Counted from the stretch's first letter, positions 49,691 through 63,390 are shown. The stretch is 64,000 bases of DNA from Phyllobates terribilis (GCF_046119375.1 NW_027362763.1:420298001-420362000); one strand, 5' to 3'. Notes: a model not told the origin generated them from the letters alone. Program-made: numbers and translations.

Positions 49691-52600
49691 TTATGAGGAT
49701 CCTCCAGATCCTCCAGGCCCAGGCCTATCCGGAAACCTCCTGTGGAAAGCTTTAACAAGCCTAGGAGCAGAGACATCATCCGTCCTTACCCAGGAGTTGT
49801 CTTCGGGACCGAAACCCTTCCAGGAGACAAAATACTGTAATCTCCCTCTATGCCATCTAGAATTCAAGATACGAGAAATTTCATATTCGCCGTCTTCCAC
49901 CACAGGAGGAACTGTGACAGTGGCGTCCCTATCAGATACATCAGCCTTTTTCAACAAGGAAACATGAAACACAGGATTAATCTTCCAAGAAGTAGGGACA
50001 TCCAACCTAACAGCAGACGGGTTAACAACCTGAAGCACTTTAAATGGACCCACAAACTTAGGACCCAGTTTTTTAGAGGCAATCCTCAACCGCAGGTTCT
50101 TCGAGGACAACCAAACCATGTCACCCACAGTAAACAAAACCTCTTTACGTTTCCTGTCAAAATACTTCTTGTTAGCCTCTTGAAGGTTACAATGTACATT
50201 AGTCCAAACTCTCTCCAAATCACCGGAAAAATTCTCCTCCTCCGGCACCGCCGACCCCAATTTGGAGAACGAACCAAAAGACGGATGTCTCCCAGTACAA
50301 CAAAAAAAAGGAGAACACCCAGCAGAGGAGGATGTCTGATTATTAAGAGCAAATTCTGTGAGAGGCAGAAACTCAGACCACACCTTTTGATTGTCCACCA
50401 CAAAACAACGCAAAAACTGTTCAACATCCTGGTTTTTTCTTTCAGTCTGTCCATTCGACTCAGGATGATAACCAGACGAAAATGACAAATGGACTCCCAA
50501 CCTGTCACAAAAAGCACACCAAAAGCGAGCCACAAACTGAGGTCCTCTATCAGAAACAATATCCGTGGGAACGCCATGGAGCTTGACAATCTCCTTAACA
50601 AACGCCTTAGCGAGTGTCTTGGCGCAGGGCAACTTAATGAATGGAACCAAATGACACATCTTACTAAAACGGTCCTCGACCACCCAGATGACAGTAAAAC
50701 CCTCAGACACAGGAAGATCAGAAATAAAATCCATAGTGAGATGCGTACAAGGCGTACTAGGAACCTCCAGAGGGCAAAGCAACCCCGCAGCAGGAGTATG
50801 TGAAGCCTTTGACCTAGCACACACAGTACACTGACGCACCCACTTGATAACTTCCTTCTGCCATCCAGGCCACCAAAAACTGCGACTGATAAGTCTCTTA
50901 GTCTCCAAAACTCCTGGATGACCTGCCAACTGAGACTCCTGACACTCCACAAACAATTCTCTCCTAAAGGCTCTAGGCACGAACAACCTCCCATGGGAAG
51001 TGTTAGATGGAGCATCATCTTGAGCATTCAGAATCCCATTCTCCAAAACGGAGTCCAAAGCCGCCACCACAACTCCTTTCTGTAAAATGCTCTCCTCCTC
51101 CTCGGCACCGACCGTAGGAGAGAAGCTGCGAGATAAAGCATCGGCTTTAACATTTAGTACCAGGGATATAGGTAACAGAAAAATGAAACTGAGAAAAAAA
51201 AAAGTGCCCACCTAGCTTGACGGGCATTCAAGCGCTTGGCAGCATCCAGATAGATCAAATTCTTATGATCTGTGAAAACCTGAATAGGAAATCTAGCGCC
51301 TTCCAAAAAATGACGCCAATATTCAAACGCAAATTTAATAGCCAGCAACTCCCGATTTCCAACATCATAATTCAGTTCGGTTTCCGAATTTTTTTTCGAA
51401 AAGAAGGCACAAGGATGTACTCCACCCTTGTTCTCCTGAGACAAAACTGCTCCGACCCCACCGATGAAGCATCGGCCTCGACCAAAAAAGGCTTGGTCTC
51501 ATCAGGCTGCAAAAGGATAGGCACAGAACTGAACCTCTCTTTGAGATACTCAAACACTTCAATGGCCTCAGTAGTCCACTGGGCCGCATTCGCACCTTTC
51601 CTGGTGAGATCGGTTAGAGGTTTAACAATTACAGAAAAATCCTTAATGAATTTCCTGTAATAATTGGCAAAACCCAAAAATCTCTGTATAGATTTCAAAC
51701 CAATAGGCCTAGACCATTCCTGCACAGCCTGAACCTTCACAGGGTCCATCTCAAAGCCCTCGCTGGAGACAATGTAGCCCAAAAAACTAATTTTCTGCAC
51801 AGCGAACTCACATTTCTCCAGCTTAGCAAAGAGTGAATTATCACTCAATAACTGCAAAACTTCACGTACACTGTGCTAATGGGACTCTAGATCTGGTGAA
51901 TAAATCAAAATGTCATCCAAATACACAACCACATTCTTACCAATCAAAGGTCTCAGGATGTCATTAATAAGGTTCTGAAAAAATGCAGGTGCATTGGTAA
52001 GGCCAAAAGGCATCACCAGATTCTCAAAATGACCTACCGGAGTGTTAAAAGCAGTTTTCCATTCATCACCCTCCTTCACACGTAACAAATTGTATGCCCC
52101 CGGAGATCAATTTTGGAGAACCACTTGGCTCCCACTAACTGGTTAAATAAGTCAGGAATTAACGGTAATGGGTAGGAATTGCGTACGGTAATCTTATTAA
52201 TTTCACGAAAATCCAGACATGGACGTAAGCCGCTGTCCTTTTTTTTTAACAAAGAAGAATCCAACTGCCACAGGCGACTTAGAAGGTCTAATGTGACCAG
52301 CAGCCAGGCTAGTCTGTATGTACTCCTCCAAGGCCTTTCTTTCAGGGATAGTCAGATTAAACAAAAGACTTTTGGGAAGAGTAGCACCCGGAACAAACTC
52401 AATGGCACAATCATAATCCATATGAGGAGGTAAAACTTGCGACTCCTCCTCCGAAAAAACCCTCCAAAAATCTTGAATAGGCACCGGTAATTTCCCTTTT
52501 TCCACAGCCGCAATGCATCCATTACAACATTTATCATAGCACTTCGCACTCCAAGACTTAATCACATTAGTAGACCAGTCCAATAAAGGATTGTGCAGTC

Positions 52601-52874
52601 TTAACCAAGGCAATCCTAGAACAACTGGAGAGGGCAAATTATCCAAAACAACCAAGTCCAAAATTTCTTGGTGAATGCCATTGCTAGTGAGAGGAAATGC
52701 AGCAGTCTTGTGAGTAATACATTTCAAAGGAGTGTTATCAATTGCAATCACAGAAATAGGTGATGACAAAGGTTTGGATTTCAATTTAAGATTTTCCAAA
52801 AACCCTTTATCAATCACATTAAGTGTTGAACCACAATCCACAAATGCCTGAAATTCAATCAATTCTCCCTGCAA
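49691..52874 (-). pseudogene. pol: Gypsy 2 pol (PR, RT, RH, IN, chromodomain)
   Basis: FVDCGS (PR), MPFGLTNAP and YLDD (RT), EADAS and RELLAI (RH), 49691-51211 IN with SDRGPQF and chromodomain (EYEISRIL...SWKGFGPEDNSW). Multiple frameshifts. Confidence 0.93.
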
Positions 52875-52918
52875 AGTAGTACTCCCAGAAAGAAATGCTC
52901 CTGCAGAACATAAACCAG

Positions 52919-53745
52919 CTATACGGGCGTAACTGACCTTTTTTTTTCTTTACTTAGACGACGCTCACAATACTTAATCAAATGGTCAGCTTTACCACAA
53001 TAAAGACACGATCCCTCGGCGAATCTCCGATCTCTTTCCTGAGAGCTGAGTGACATAGCCCCAACCTCCATCGGTTCCCCGCCGTCAGAGCAGATTTTCT
53101 GGGGACTAGTACCTGACATTACAGGAGTCTTTACCTCATTGAGCCTGCACCTCAGTCTCCTGTCTATACGAACAGCTAACTGCATAGCTTCCTGCAGAGT
53201 CTCAGGTGCAGGGAATGCAATTAGCAAATCCTTAACCCTTTCACTCAGACCAGCAAGAAATAAACATCTCAGCGCCGAATCATTCCACTTAACTTCTGAA
53301 GCCCATCTCCTGGAGTGTGTGCAATAATTTTCAACATCATCTGACCCCTGATTCAAACGTCTAAGTTCTGATTCAGCAGATGAGACTCGATCAGGATCGT
53401 CATTTAATAGCCCCATAGCAGAAAAAATTCTTCAGCAGACCTTAAACACGGATCATTAGGCTGGAGAGAAAAGGCCCACCCTTGTGGTTCATTGCGCAAA
53501 AGTGACATAATAAAACCAATTCGCTGTGATTCATTCCCAGAGGACCTTGGTCTCAAACGAAAATATAACAAACAAGCATTTTTAAAGGAAAAAAATTTCT
53601 TGCTGTTTACCATAAAAACATCAGGCAGTCCTACCTTGGGTTCGACAAAATGTGCTCCAGGACAGCTACTCACGTGTTGCTGAAGCTCAGCCACCCCCAG
53701 AGACAATCCCTGCAGGCGTTGAGCCAAATCCTGGACGGAAACCAT
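52919..53745 (-). pseudogene. gag: Gypsy 2 gag with CCHC knuckle
   Basis: 53404-53745 plus 52919-53416 (frameshift); EPMEVG and CLYCGKADHLIKYC motifs. Confidence 0.9.
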
Positions 53746-55311
53746 ACTGATCCCCGAATTTCTTTCCTTTTACTTTTTTGGGCTGGACTTACTGTTATGA
53801 TCTGCAACATGTACTAAGGAAAGATAGGGGAAAGCTGTCCCTACAGTAAGACTAAGCTGAATCCCTACGATGTAGCGGGCTGCCTGTTCCTAGTGAACAG
53901 ACCCGCCTTAGTCCTCGGCTAGTCTGAACGAAGACCTATAGAATTAAGGGAGGGGTCCCTAAAAGAACTAAGGACTGGGACAAAAAAGGGACACCTCCTA
54001 AACAGAAGTTGTTGCAGAACACAAAAAGACAAACTGACAAAAAGTACTAGAGGTCCCAGAGGACAAAGCGAACTTGACAGAGAAAGGCACAGAAGCACCA
54101 GGCTAGAGAGACAGTAGAACACTGAAGTCCAGCACAGCCAGGAGGGCGGAGCTGGAATATAAAGGCAGAGGGTCACATGACCGCAAACCACAAGATAGAA
54201 AAAACAAACAGGAGGGTTCTAACAGATTGGCGTGCACGCACAACAGCGGAACAAGCAGTGGTGTCACCCACAGACACTGTTGCTGGACCCTAGGGTTCAG
54301 CCCATTTAGTCGGGTGCTTTGCTGCCATGTGCCTGATCATGCTGATGGTGGTCAGGCTGCTAGTTTTGCTACCCCTGCTGATGCTGACCTGGCAGGTGGT
54401 GCAAATGGCCTTTTTAGGGTTATCGGCAGAGTGTTTAAAAAACAACCATTCTCGGGAAGACCTAACAGTTGTACTGGCAACTTCCGTCGTGTTGGGGTTA
54501 CGAGGAATGCCTTCCCGCATTGTGTCTGCGGCCACCACACTGCTTGTTTTTGCCTTTTGTGGTGCTACTCCTCCCTCCCCCGTGTGCTGCTGTCCTCGCT
54601 CTGTATGTCCCCCTGCCTGGTTGAGTCAGTTACTATATCATCCACCACCTCGTCTTCCACTTTCGCACCCTGGCCCTCCTCCTGACTTTCTGGCAATTGT
54701 GTCTCATCATCATCCACCTCTTGCGACAGTAATTGCACTTTCCCACCGTCGCCTTCGTGTGACCGTGGCTGCTCCAATATTTGGGCATCGCTACACGCTT
54801 TCTCCTCTTGACTCGCTTGAAGCTGGCCGGGCAAGAGGCTTGAATCTACAAATGGTAAAGTGAACAGCTCTTCGGAGTGTCCAAGTGTGGGACCAGTTGT
54901 CTCCGGCCACACGGCATGGTAGGAGGAAGGAGGATCAGGGTAAGGAATATGCGGTCCAGACTCACAGCTAATGAGACTTGACCATGTGGAAGACAGGGTG
55001 ATTGTGGTGGTGGCTAAGTGACTTGAAGCATTATCTGCTATCCTACCAAGAACCTTTTGACACTGCTCTGTGTTCAGTAGTGGTGTTCTGCGGTCCCCTA
55101 GTAATTGGGACAGGAAGGTCAAGCGACAAGATGTGGGTGTTTGTTGTGGCACAGTTTCAACTTGCCCACAGCCACGTCCTCGGCCTCGGCCTCTGCATGC
55201 ACCATCCCGGCCACTTCCCCGTCCCTTGCCACGCACCTTGCCCATTTTTAATGGAGAACAATATTTTTCACGAGAAATCGCTGATTTTGGAACGCAGGTA
55301 TATGTGATACG

Positions 55312-55570
55312 TCTGACAGAGAGCCACAATTTTAAATAGCAGGCCTGAAATTTGCTAATACTATTCTTCACAGACACCTAGTATGAATAGCTTGACCTTC
55401 ACACTGCAATAGAATGAAAATGGAAGAAATGTCAGATTTTGGAACACTCTTATAGGTGTTATGTCTGACAGAGAACCACAGTTTTAAATAGCAGGCCTGT
55501 AATTTGCTAATACTATTCTTCACAGACACCTAGTATGAATAGCTTGACTGACACACTGCAACAGAATGGA
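55312..55570. repeat. 152-bp tandem duplication upstream of the hAT transposase
   Basis: TCTGACAGAGA...TTTAAATAGCAGGCCTG...CAGACACCTAGTATGAATAGCTTGAC at 55312 and 55464. Confidence 0.9.
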
Positions 55571-56804
55571 AAAGGAGGCCAATATTTTCCACGTTCAGTT
55601 CAAATTTCTGGATTTTTATCACTGAAATATGGAACAGATCTGGCTTTATTCTGCAGTGAGAACAAGCAAATGGAGCAGAAAAATTGTGTACTCTGGATTT
55701 CTTTTTAAGCAAATAACCAGTATTAAGATCAAAAGAAAATTTTCCCTGGCCCCTGATATCTGGAGCTATGTCTACAAATATCTGTAAGAACAGCAGCAGT
55801 AGGAATGTTCAATGGACCCTCTTGCACTATATGCACTGCAGTCTGCCACATACACTGCCTGCCTAAATCCTGTTATCACCACTGAATATATGCAGCTGGA
55901 TTAGTCCTCAGAAGGACTGTTAGTTCAGTTGGATATATATATATGTTGTGGAATGCCTATACTAACTATGAAGAAGCAAATCTCTCCCTGACGCAGCAAC
56001 AGCTCTCCCTACTCTGCCTGGTTCAGGAGTTGACTGTGACGAGCATGGCGGCGCCCGGTCTTATATACAACTGATGATTCTGTGCGGCCAGCCAATCGCT
56101 GTAATACCCACAACCAACATGGCTACGGCATTACAGTGCATGGCAGGCAATCCCTGCGTGTTCATTGGCTCTCTAAAGAGCTCCAAACATGCAGTGAGGG
56201 GACCTGAGTTCCCACCAGAACAACCTTGAAATACTCGCTGAGCTCGTCGAGCACAGTGATGCTCGGGCGAGTACCGAGCAGTGGCGAGCACGTTCGCTCA
56301 TCACTATACAGCATGTGAAGCATCTTTGCAGCTTCCATTACTTGACATTGATTCAGGAATGATATGTTATGAGTGGTGTGGGTGGAGAGGAGACATAAAA
56401 GAGTAAACTAGAGATAGCTAAAATGCATAGTAGCCATGACAATAACCTGTTCTTAAGAAACCTAAGGAATTGACATGGCTCAGGTATGGCATGTGTTATA
56501 TGAGCAGAAGAAATGATAATTGTTCAAATGAAAGAGGGATTTAAGGCTGGATTTCCACATTGAGGATCAAGAAGTGTCTAACAAGAATATAGTCCTGTAT
56601 GTAGAAAACCTGATTCTTTATTTACTCCTATAATACATTACATAACAATGAATATCAATAAAATATTATAAAAGGGTGCCTCTAGCCAAGAGGGAACCCA
56701 ACTCCAGACTAATAAGTAATCACAAAAATGTATGCTGAATAGCTATGGTTCAATAGATACAAATTCTAAGCAATCCGAATAGTTGGATCAATACATCAAA
56801 AAGT

Positions 56805-56807
<3 letters not shown>

Positions 56808-56862
<55 letters not shown>
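56808..56862. repeat. (TA)n microsatellite
   Basis: Pure TA run. Confidence 0.97.
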
Positions 56863-56863
<1 letters not shown>

Positions 56864-57167
56864 TCTATTCAATCTGCATAATACTGAAAGTGAAGTTCAT
56901 ACACGATAAATAATCCAGGCAAATAAATATCTTTATTGTTACTTATAGTATCTGTCTTTTGTAGTATAGAATGTTCTTGTTCTTAGAAATACCAATACTA
57001 AATAAGAATGCTTGTAAAAATGCATGCAAGGCCCGATTCAAGTGTTAACCAAGTGTGATTTTGAGATAGGCGATATACTAAGACATAAAGATATTGATGG
57101 GTATATTACCTGAAAAATAAATGTACTGGTCAAATCAACAAAACCAGACTGGAGCTGCGTCCCTCCA

Positions 57168-57202
57168 CCCCGACGTACGTTTCGCCTTGCTTCTTCCGGG
57201 GG
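57168..57202 (-). ncRNA. Penelope-type minimal type I hammerhead-like motif
   Basis: The minus strand reads CCCC C-G-GAAGA A GC AAG GC GAAAC GTAC GTC GGGG: stems I, II and III and a GUC cleavage triplet are present, and core U4 is replaced by G. Confidence 0.6.
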
Positions 57203-57845
57203 CATGTCAGGGTGGAAGACCTCATAGCTATTTAAATCCATGTAGACCATTTGAAGGACAAGGATAGTTTATCCAGTATCCGCCCTCCTTTTTATGTTGT
57301 GCTAATCTGCCATCTCCACGTCACAAAAGCAATTACACATGACCAACTTGTAAACACCCTCACCTCCTGCATCGTACCAATCAGTATTCACTGCGTCATG
57401 AAGTCAAGTTCACGTGACTTTACTCGGCTCATCCATTCATCAGGCCATCATTTGAAAATGACTTCCGGCCAGCAGCTGTGGTGGAACGCAAGGTCTGTAC
57501 CCACCCAATAAGAGTGAGGCGACCTTTCATCACCTGTTGCCATGGGCTAAGTAGTCTAATGAATAGTTCACATGTGCAAATCGCGCTATCACTGCACTGG
57601 TCCATTCAAAAACTAAGTCTTCCCTATTACATTATAACCCATTGTTGGTGGCAGAAAAAATGTAAGTATGCTAAATGAATCAAAATACGTATTGGTGCAT
57701 GTGCTACCATTAAAGTGTCTAATACAGGAGCATTTTGAAGTAATAAATGCATTTTAATTATTAAAGTGCTGCTTGCCAACAACATTTCTTAAACAAGAAG
57801 GAAAAAAGAAAGAAAACCAAACTATGGTCTTGAATAGAATATATA

Positions 57846-59475
57846 CAGTACAGACCAAAAGTTTGGACACTCCTCATTTAAAGATTTTTCTGTATTTTCT
57901 TGACTTTGAAAATTGTACATTCACACTGAAGGCATCAAAACTATGAATTAACACATGTGGATTTATATAATTAACAAAAAAGTGTGAAACAACTGAAAAT
58001 ATGTCTTATATTCTAGGTTCTTCAAAGTAGCCACCTTTGGCTTTGATGACTGCTTTACATACTCTTGGCATTCTCTTGATGAGCTTCAAGAGGTAGTCAC
58101 CGGAAATGGTCTTCCAACAATCTTGAAGGAGTTCCCAGAGATGCTTAGCACTTGTTGGCCCTTTTGCCTTCACTCTGCGGTCCAGCTCACCCCAAACCAT
58201 CTCGATTGGGTTCAGGTCTGGTGACTGTGGAGGCCAGGTCATCTGGCGTAGCACCCCATCACTTTCCTTCTTGGTCAAATAGCCCTTTCACAGCCTGGAG
58301 GTGTGTTTGGGGTCATTGTCCTGTTGAAAAATAAATGATGGTCCAACTAAACGCAAACTGGATGGAATAGCATGCCACTGCAAGATGCTGTGGTAGCCAT
58401 GCTGGTTCAGTATGCCTTCAATTTTGAATAAATCCCCAACAGTGTCACCAGCAAAGCACCCCCACACCATAACACCTCCTCCTCCATGCTTCACGGTGGG
58501 AACCAGGCATGTAGAGTCGATCTGTTCACCTTTTCTGCGTCGCACAAAGACACAGTGGTTGGAACCAAAGATCTCAAATTTGGACTCATCAGACCAAAGC
58601 ACAGATTTCCACTGGTCTAATGTCCATTCCTTGTGTTCTTTAGCCCAAACAAGTCTCTTCTGCTTGTTGCCTGTCCTTAGCAGTGGTTTCCTAGCAGCTA
58701 TTTTACCATGAAGGCCTGCTGCACAAAGTCTCCTCTTAACAGTTGTTGTAGAGATGTGTCTGCTGCTAGAACTCTGTGTGGCATTGACCTGGTCTGACCT
58801 GATCTGAGCTGCTGTTAACCTGCGATTTCTGAGGCTGGTGACTCGGATAAACTTATCTTCAGAAGCAGAGGAGACTCTTGGTCTTCCTTTCCTGGGGCGG
58901 TCCTCATGTGAACCAGTTTCTTTGTAGCGCTTGATGGTTTTTGCAACTGCACTTGGGGACACTTTCAAAGTTTTCCCAATTTTTCACACTGACTGACCTT
59001 CATTTCTTAAAGTAATGATGACCACTCGTTTTTCTTTACTTGGCTGCTTTTTTCTTGCCATAATACAAATTCTAACAGTCTATTCAGTAGGACTATCAGC
59101 TGTGTATCCACCAGACTTCTGCACAACACAACTGATGGTCCCAACCCCATTTATAAGGCAAGAAATCCCACTTATTAAACCTGACAGGGCACACCTGTGA
59201 AGTGAAAACCATTTCCGGTGACTACCTCTTGAAGCTCATCAAGAGAATGCCAAGAGTGTGCAAAGCAGACATCAAAGCAAAAGGTAGCTACTTTGAAAAG
59301 CCTAGAATATAAGACATATTTTCAGTTGTTTCACACTTTTTTGTTAAGTATATAATTCCACATGTGTTAATTCATAGTTTTGATGCCTTCAGTGTGAATG
59401 TACAATTTTCAAAGTCATGAAATTACAGAATAATCTTTAAGTGAGAAGGTGTGTCCAAACTTTTGGTCTGTACTG
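57846..59475 (-). mobile_element. Tc1-like DNA transposon C (same family as A)
   Basis: Termini CAGTACAGACCAAAAG...CTTTTGGTCTGTACTG, TA flanks and long TIRs. Confidence 0.96.
58006..59061 (-). pseudogene. Tc1 transposase pseudogene
   Basis: ATG at 59061 with an early TGA; ORFs 58288-58968 ([15 protein letters not shown]) and 58006-58278 (SPDLNPIE) are in different frames. Confidence 0.92.
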
Positions 59476-60979
59476 TATGTGCATAAAAAAAAATCTTATA
59501 AAGTGCCCTTGACTGGAACAAGATTCTAATGTTTTAAAATCGTATATTATATCTGAAGAAAAGCACAAAAATACATATTAAGTGCTGTGTGCATATAAAA
59601 AAAATTACTGGCCAATAGATATGAACCAACATAAATACGGGCACTGGGTATGTGCATGTATGAATAATTATATACAAAAAGAGAAAAAGCAATATGTTGC
59701 CCATACTGTGAAAATGGATCTGTAACAGGTTTGTTGAATTTATAATAGATATTACAACACCAAGTGCTATAAACAGATAAATTACAAAAATGAAAGCGTG
59801 CATATGAGTTACATATGAGGAGTATGAATGTGTATAAATAGGCGGGCTAATGTGTCAGGTTCGAGATGATAAACCTGAATAATGTGAGACAAGAAAACTA
59901 AAAGACATCTTGGACAACTTCAAAACAACTGCTCCAGGTTACCACAGATGTTCACAAAGGCATAATAGTAAAAACTCCAATACACAAAGTACCTACCTAA
60001 AGCTATTCTGGGGGAATAAACCCAAATTAAATTCAAAAGGTCAAAATTGGGGATTGAAAATTGTATGTGGAAAATTATACTTTTCAGTCGGACCAGCCAG
60101 TGCATCATGAAGGTTATTGCAGTGACTGGGCCAAGTGAGCAGCACACCAACCACAATCTTCAGTTTAAAGGGAAGTGACCAGGCGGAATGTATGTGGACA
60201 AAATAATCCTGTTCAACCCTGATCAGTCAGAGCCCAACAAAATGAAGTCAGGGGAATTGAACTCCGTGAACAGCACAGATGCCACATTAAAAAACAGCAA
60301 AAAGGCAAGCGAATAAAGGAAATAATGCACTGTTTAGTCGGACCAGACAAAGTACCAAACTATGGTCATGGTGACTAATGCATCTTTAAGACTACATGAA
60401 AAAGTGACTTTGCGTTTCCAGTTCAGGGGAATGAACTCAAAAAATAATATATAAGGAAGAATCTGTACTTCGCTGTAAGCAGTAACAGAGACTGGACCCA
60501 GTGATCAGTGCCAACTCCACAACAAATCTCAGCAATAAAATTTCAAATTTACTGACAATGAACCCAAGGAACCAAATAAGATTAGATTAAAACATTAAAT
60601 CAAGTATTCCGATTAATATATGTGTCCATAGATCAAAATAAATCTACTAAAATGGATGAATATTCATGCCCTTATTAGACCTGAAAATCCTCAAAAGTAT
60701 AAATGTTTCCTTTATGAATCTGAAGATTTTCCCATTGATGTTCGCAGAGTACTGCAGGGTTCAGAGGTATCCATGATTTTCATTCTTCAAATTTGCATGA
60801 AGGGGTTTAGAATGGAAATATCCAAGCGTACGCAGTCAGACCATGAATGATAAATAGATCCTAAAAAATATATAAAACACCAATTAAAATGAACAAACAT
60901 GAAATAAATATAAAGCAATGTCCACAACCCATAAAAAATGCCTCAATAGAAAAATTCATATTTACAAAAATGCTCCAAA

Positions 60980-63390
60980 ACTCTCATTTAATCCCTGAGA
61001 TGTGAGGGTGCCTAATGTATAAATCCATCGACTCTCAGTTACCACCCCTAGAGACCAGTGAAATTAGGTTGATACCTTTAATTTTTAGCAGATTGAAATT
61101 ACACTGATAAAATAGTTTAAAATGTCCTGGGATCCTTTTCAATGAGCATTTAGCCTCCACTGTTCTCGCCTTCTCAATGTCTCTGCAGTGCTCTCGCACT
61201 CGGATTTTGAGTTCACGTGTTGTTAGTTTAATGTAAATTTTTTACATGGACTTACTGCATGATTTACCATACCTTTGGAAGAGCAAGAAATGTACTTTCT
61301 GATGTCATAAGTCTTTGATCCGTCAAAATTGCTGAAAGTGTTAGCTTTTACAAGATTGGAACATGACTTGCATAGTCCACATGGGTAAAAAAAAAGACTA
61401 GTTATGCATCTGGAACTTGATGCATTTTTTGTGGGGTTATAGTGGCTGTGTACTAATAGATCTCGAAGGTTCCTGGATCTCTTCTCTACAATTGAAGGTT
61501 TAAGCTGCAGGATTTTCTTCAAAGTTGGGTCAGTGTGAAGGACAATCCAATGTTTGTCAATGATTTCCCTAAACTGATGCCACTTGTTGTGGTATACTGT
61601 AATGAGTCGTACCTGATTCTCGGACCTGGAATCTTTCTTGGTCGCATTATCATATAATAGTTCATTTCTGGGTGCTTTTTTAGCGCTCAAATAACCTATT
61701 CAGATGGTTCTTTTGTTGTAGCCTCTTTCCTGGAATCTTTGAACCATATCTTCTGATTGTGCTTCAAAGTTTTGAATATCAGAATATATTTGTTTTACTG
61801 TCAGGAATTGCCCAACTGGAATTCCACGTATGGTGGCCTGTGGGTGAGAAAAATGAGCATGAAGAAAAGACTTTGTTGCGGTAGGTTTTTTTTAAAAAAA
61901 AAAATTATAGATATGTTTCCATTGGGAAGAGTACATATCTGCAGATCCAAGAAGTCTATAGTTCTTCCATATTTGAAGGTTAAATTGATGTTAAGAGAAT
62001 TTCTGTGTAGTCTATCCATAAGAATTAGTAGTCCCTCCCAAATAAACCAAATATTATCTATCTCATCCATCCCTGAGTCAGCTGGCATTCGGTTATTGGC
62101 TCACTTCGAAAGATGTCCCTTCCCCATGCTCCTAAAAATAGGTTAGCATAGGGAGGGGCGCAACAGGCTGCCATTCAGTCCCCTGTAGTTGCAGATACAT
62201 GTGGTCCTTGAAGATGAAGAGATTATGCGTGAGTACAAACTCCAAGAGCAATAATAATAAAGTTTCCATCTTTTTGTTGATGTTGCTCGAGTTGAGGTAC
62301 CATGAAACTGCTTTCAGCCCGTCTGTATGTTGTATGGAAGTACACAGTGCCTCTACATAAGCTGTTGGCATAATGGAGTTCTCGCTAAGGTGTAAGTTGT
62401 CTGAGTAATGCTGCAGTGGTATCTTTGATAAAAGATGGCAGTTCACTCACCAAAAGTTTAAGAAAATAATCAATAACTTCGGTAATCACTTCACATAGTC
62501 TTCCATTTCCCATCACAATTTGTCTCTCAGGTGGTTCAAGTAGGTTATTGTGTATCTTAGGAATCAGATATAGCGTAGGTATCCGGGGTGGGAATCTTTG
62601 ATGACATTGAGTAATCTTTTTGGGATAAAAATTTCTTGATAGGCTCTCTCTAGGGTGTTACAAAGTTCATTCTGAAAAAGACCTATGGGATTGGTTAACT
62701 TTTTTTAGAACAGTTTTTGCTGTTCGGTAACTGAAACGCCTGCTTTTCGTACATATCGTTGGGGCAAATAGCCAAATTTTTCCCTTTGTCGGCCGGCTTA
62801 AACACAACATCGTCCCATGATCTCATTTCTTCAATAGCTGCTTGCTCAGATTGATTACAATTTGATTTGCCGAAACCTTTTTTGGATAGTTGTTCAATGT
62901 CTTAAGACACCAGTATGGTGAAGACATCGACAGTGAGACCTATGCCTAGAGAACGAAATTTTTGGGATTTGCCGATAATATGGTTGGGAAAATTATTTAT
63001 CGCCATTGGATTACTTTCTTGTGCCAGGGCTTCAAGATTAGCTAAGGCCTCCATTTTTTCAACAGATATAAATATATCATCAAATCCAGCTTTATGATCT
63101 AATTTTTTAAAAATCAATTTTCTACAAAATAATTTGGGCTTTTATTGTCGTGAATGGATCTAGAGAATATGAAGGAGAAAAAGGAAGTCCCTTCTCTAAT
63201 ATTATCAACTGATTATCAGATAGTATATGAGATGAAAGGCTAATCACCTTTGGTTGATCATTCTTCCTATTTTTGGGATTTCTTTTAAAGATGTCTGCTG
63301 GCCCATGTCGGAATAGTTTCTTGCTTTGCTCACTCATTGATGTATTAGTATCAGAAACTGAGGACATCGAATTAAATTAAGGATTTCTAG
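60980..63390 (-). mobile_element. Penelope-like retroelement (RT plus GIY-YIG endonuclease), decayed
   Basis: ILEKGLPFSPS, FVLTHNLFIFKD..YLQLQGT and IDNIWFIW (RT); RSRNLRDLLVHS, CGLCKSC, ISCSSK, TTRELKIRVREH and WIYTLGTL..GLNE (Cys motif plus GIY-YIG). Heavily frameshifted; boundaries approximate. Confidence 0.85.

Larger units (their letters stand above)
49247..54224 (-). mobile_element. Gypsy chromovirus LTR retrotransposon 2
   Basis: 432-bp LTRs at 49247-49678 and 53793-54224 (about 8 differences by eye), perfect TSD GATTG, PPT at about 49679-49695, and gag-pol with a chromodomain. Confidence 0.97.
46932..55245 (-). pseudogene. ZBED/hAT transposase pseudogene, split by Gypsy 2
   Basis: N-terminus MGKVRGKGRG at 55245; BED finger (WLFF...CTTC...H...H, 54290-54538); catalytic LTMDTWT (48635-48901); DVPTCWN; C-terminal dimerisation domain (CPAASVLSE.VFSAAG...R..LS). 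Confidence 0.92.
45766..56306 (-). mobile_element. hAT DNA transposon (10.5 kb including nested Gypsy 2)
   Basis: TIRs TAGTGATGAGCGA / TCGCTCATCACTA, 8-bp TSD TACAACAT / TACAGCAT (7/8 match), subterminal CTCGAG/CTCGG motifs, and transposase remnants. Confidence 0.95.

Noticed and set aside
49850-51027. 211-aa and 313-aa ORFs overlapping the Gypsy 2 integrase
   Set aside because: They are antisense or alternative-frame shadows of pol with no recognisable motifs.
54227-54863. Plus-strand ORFs of 152 and 178 aa
   Set aside because: They are antisense to the hAT BED-finger region.
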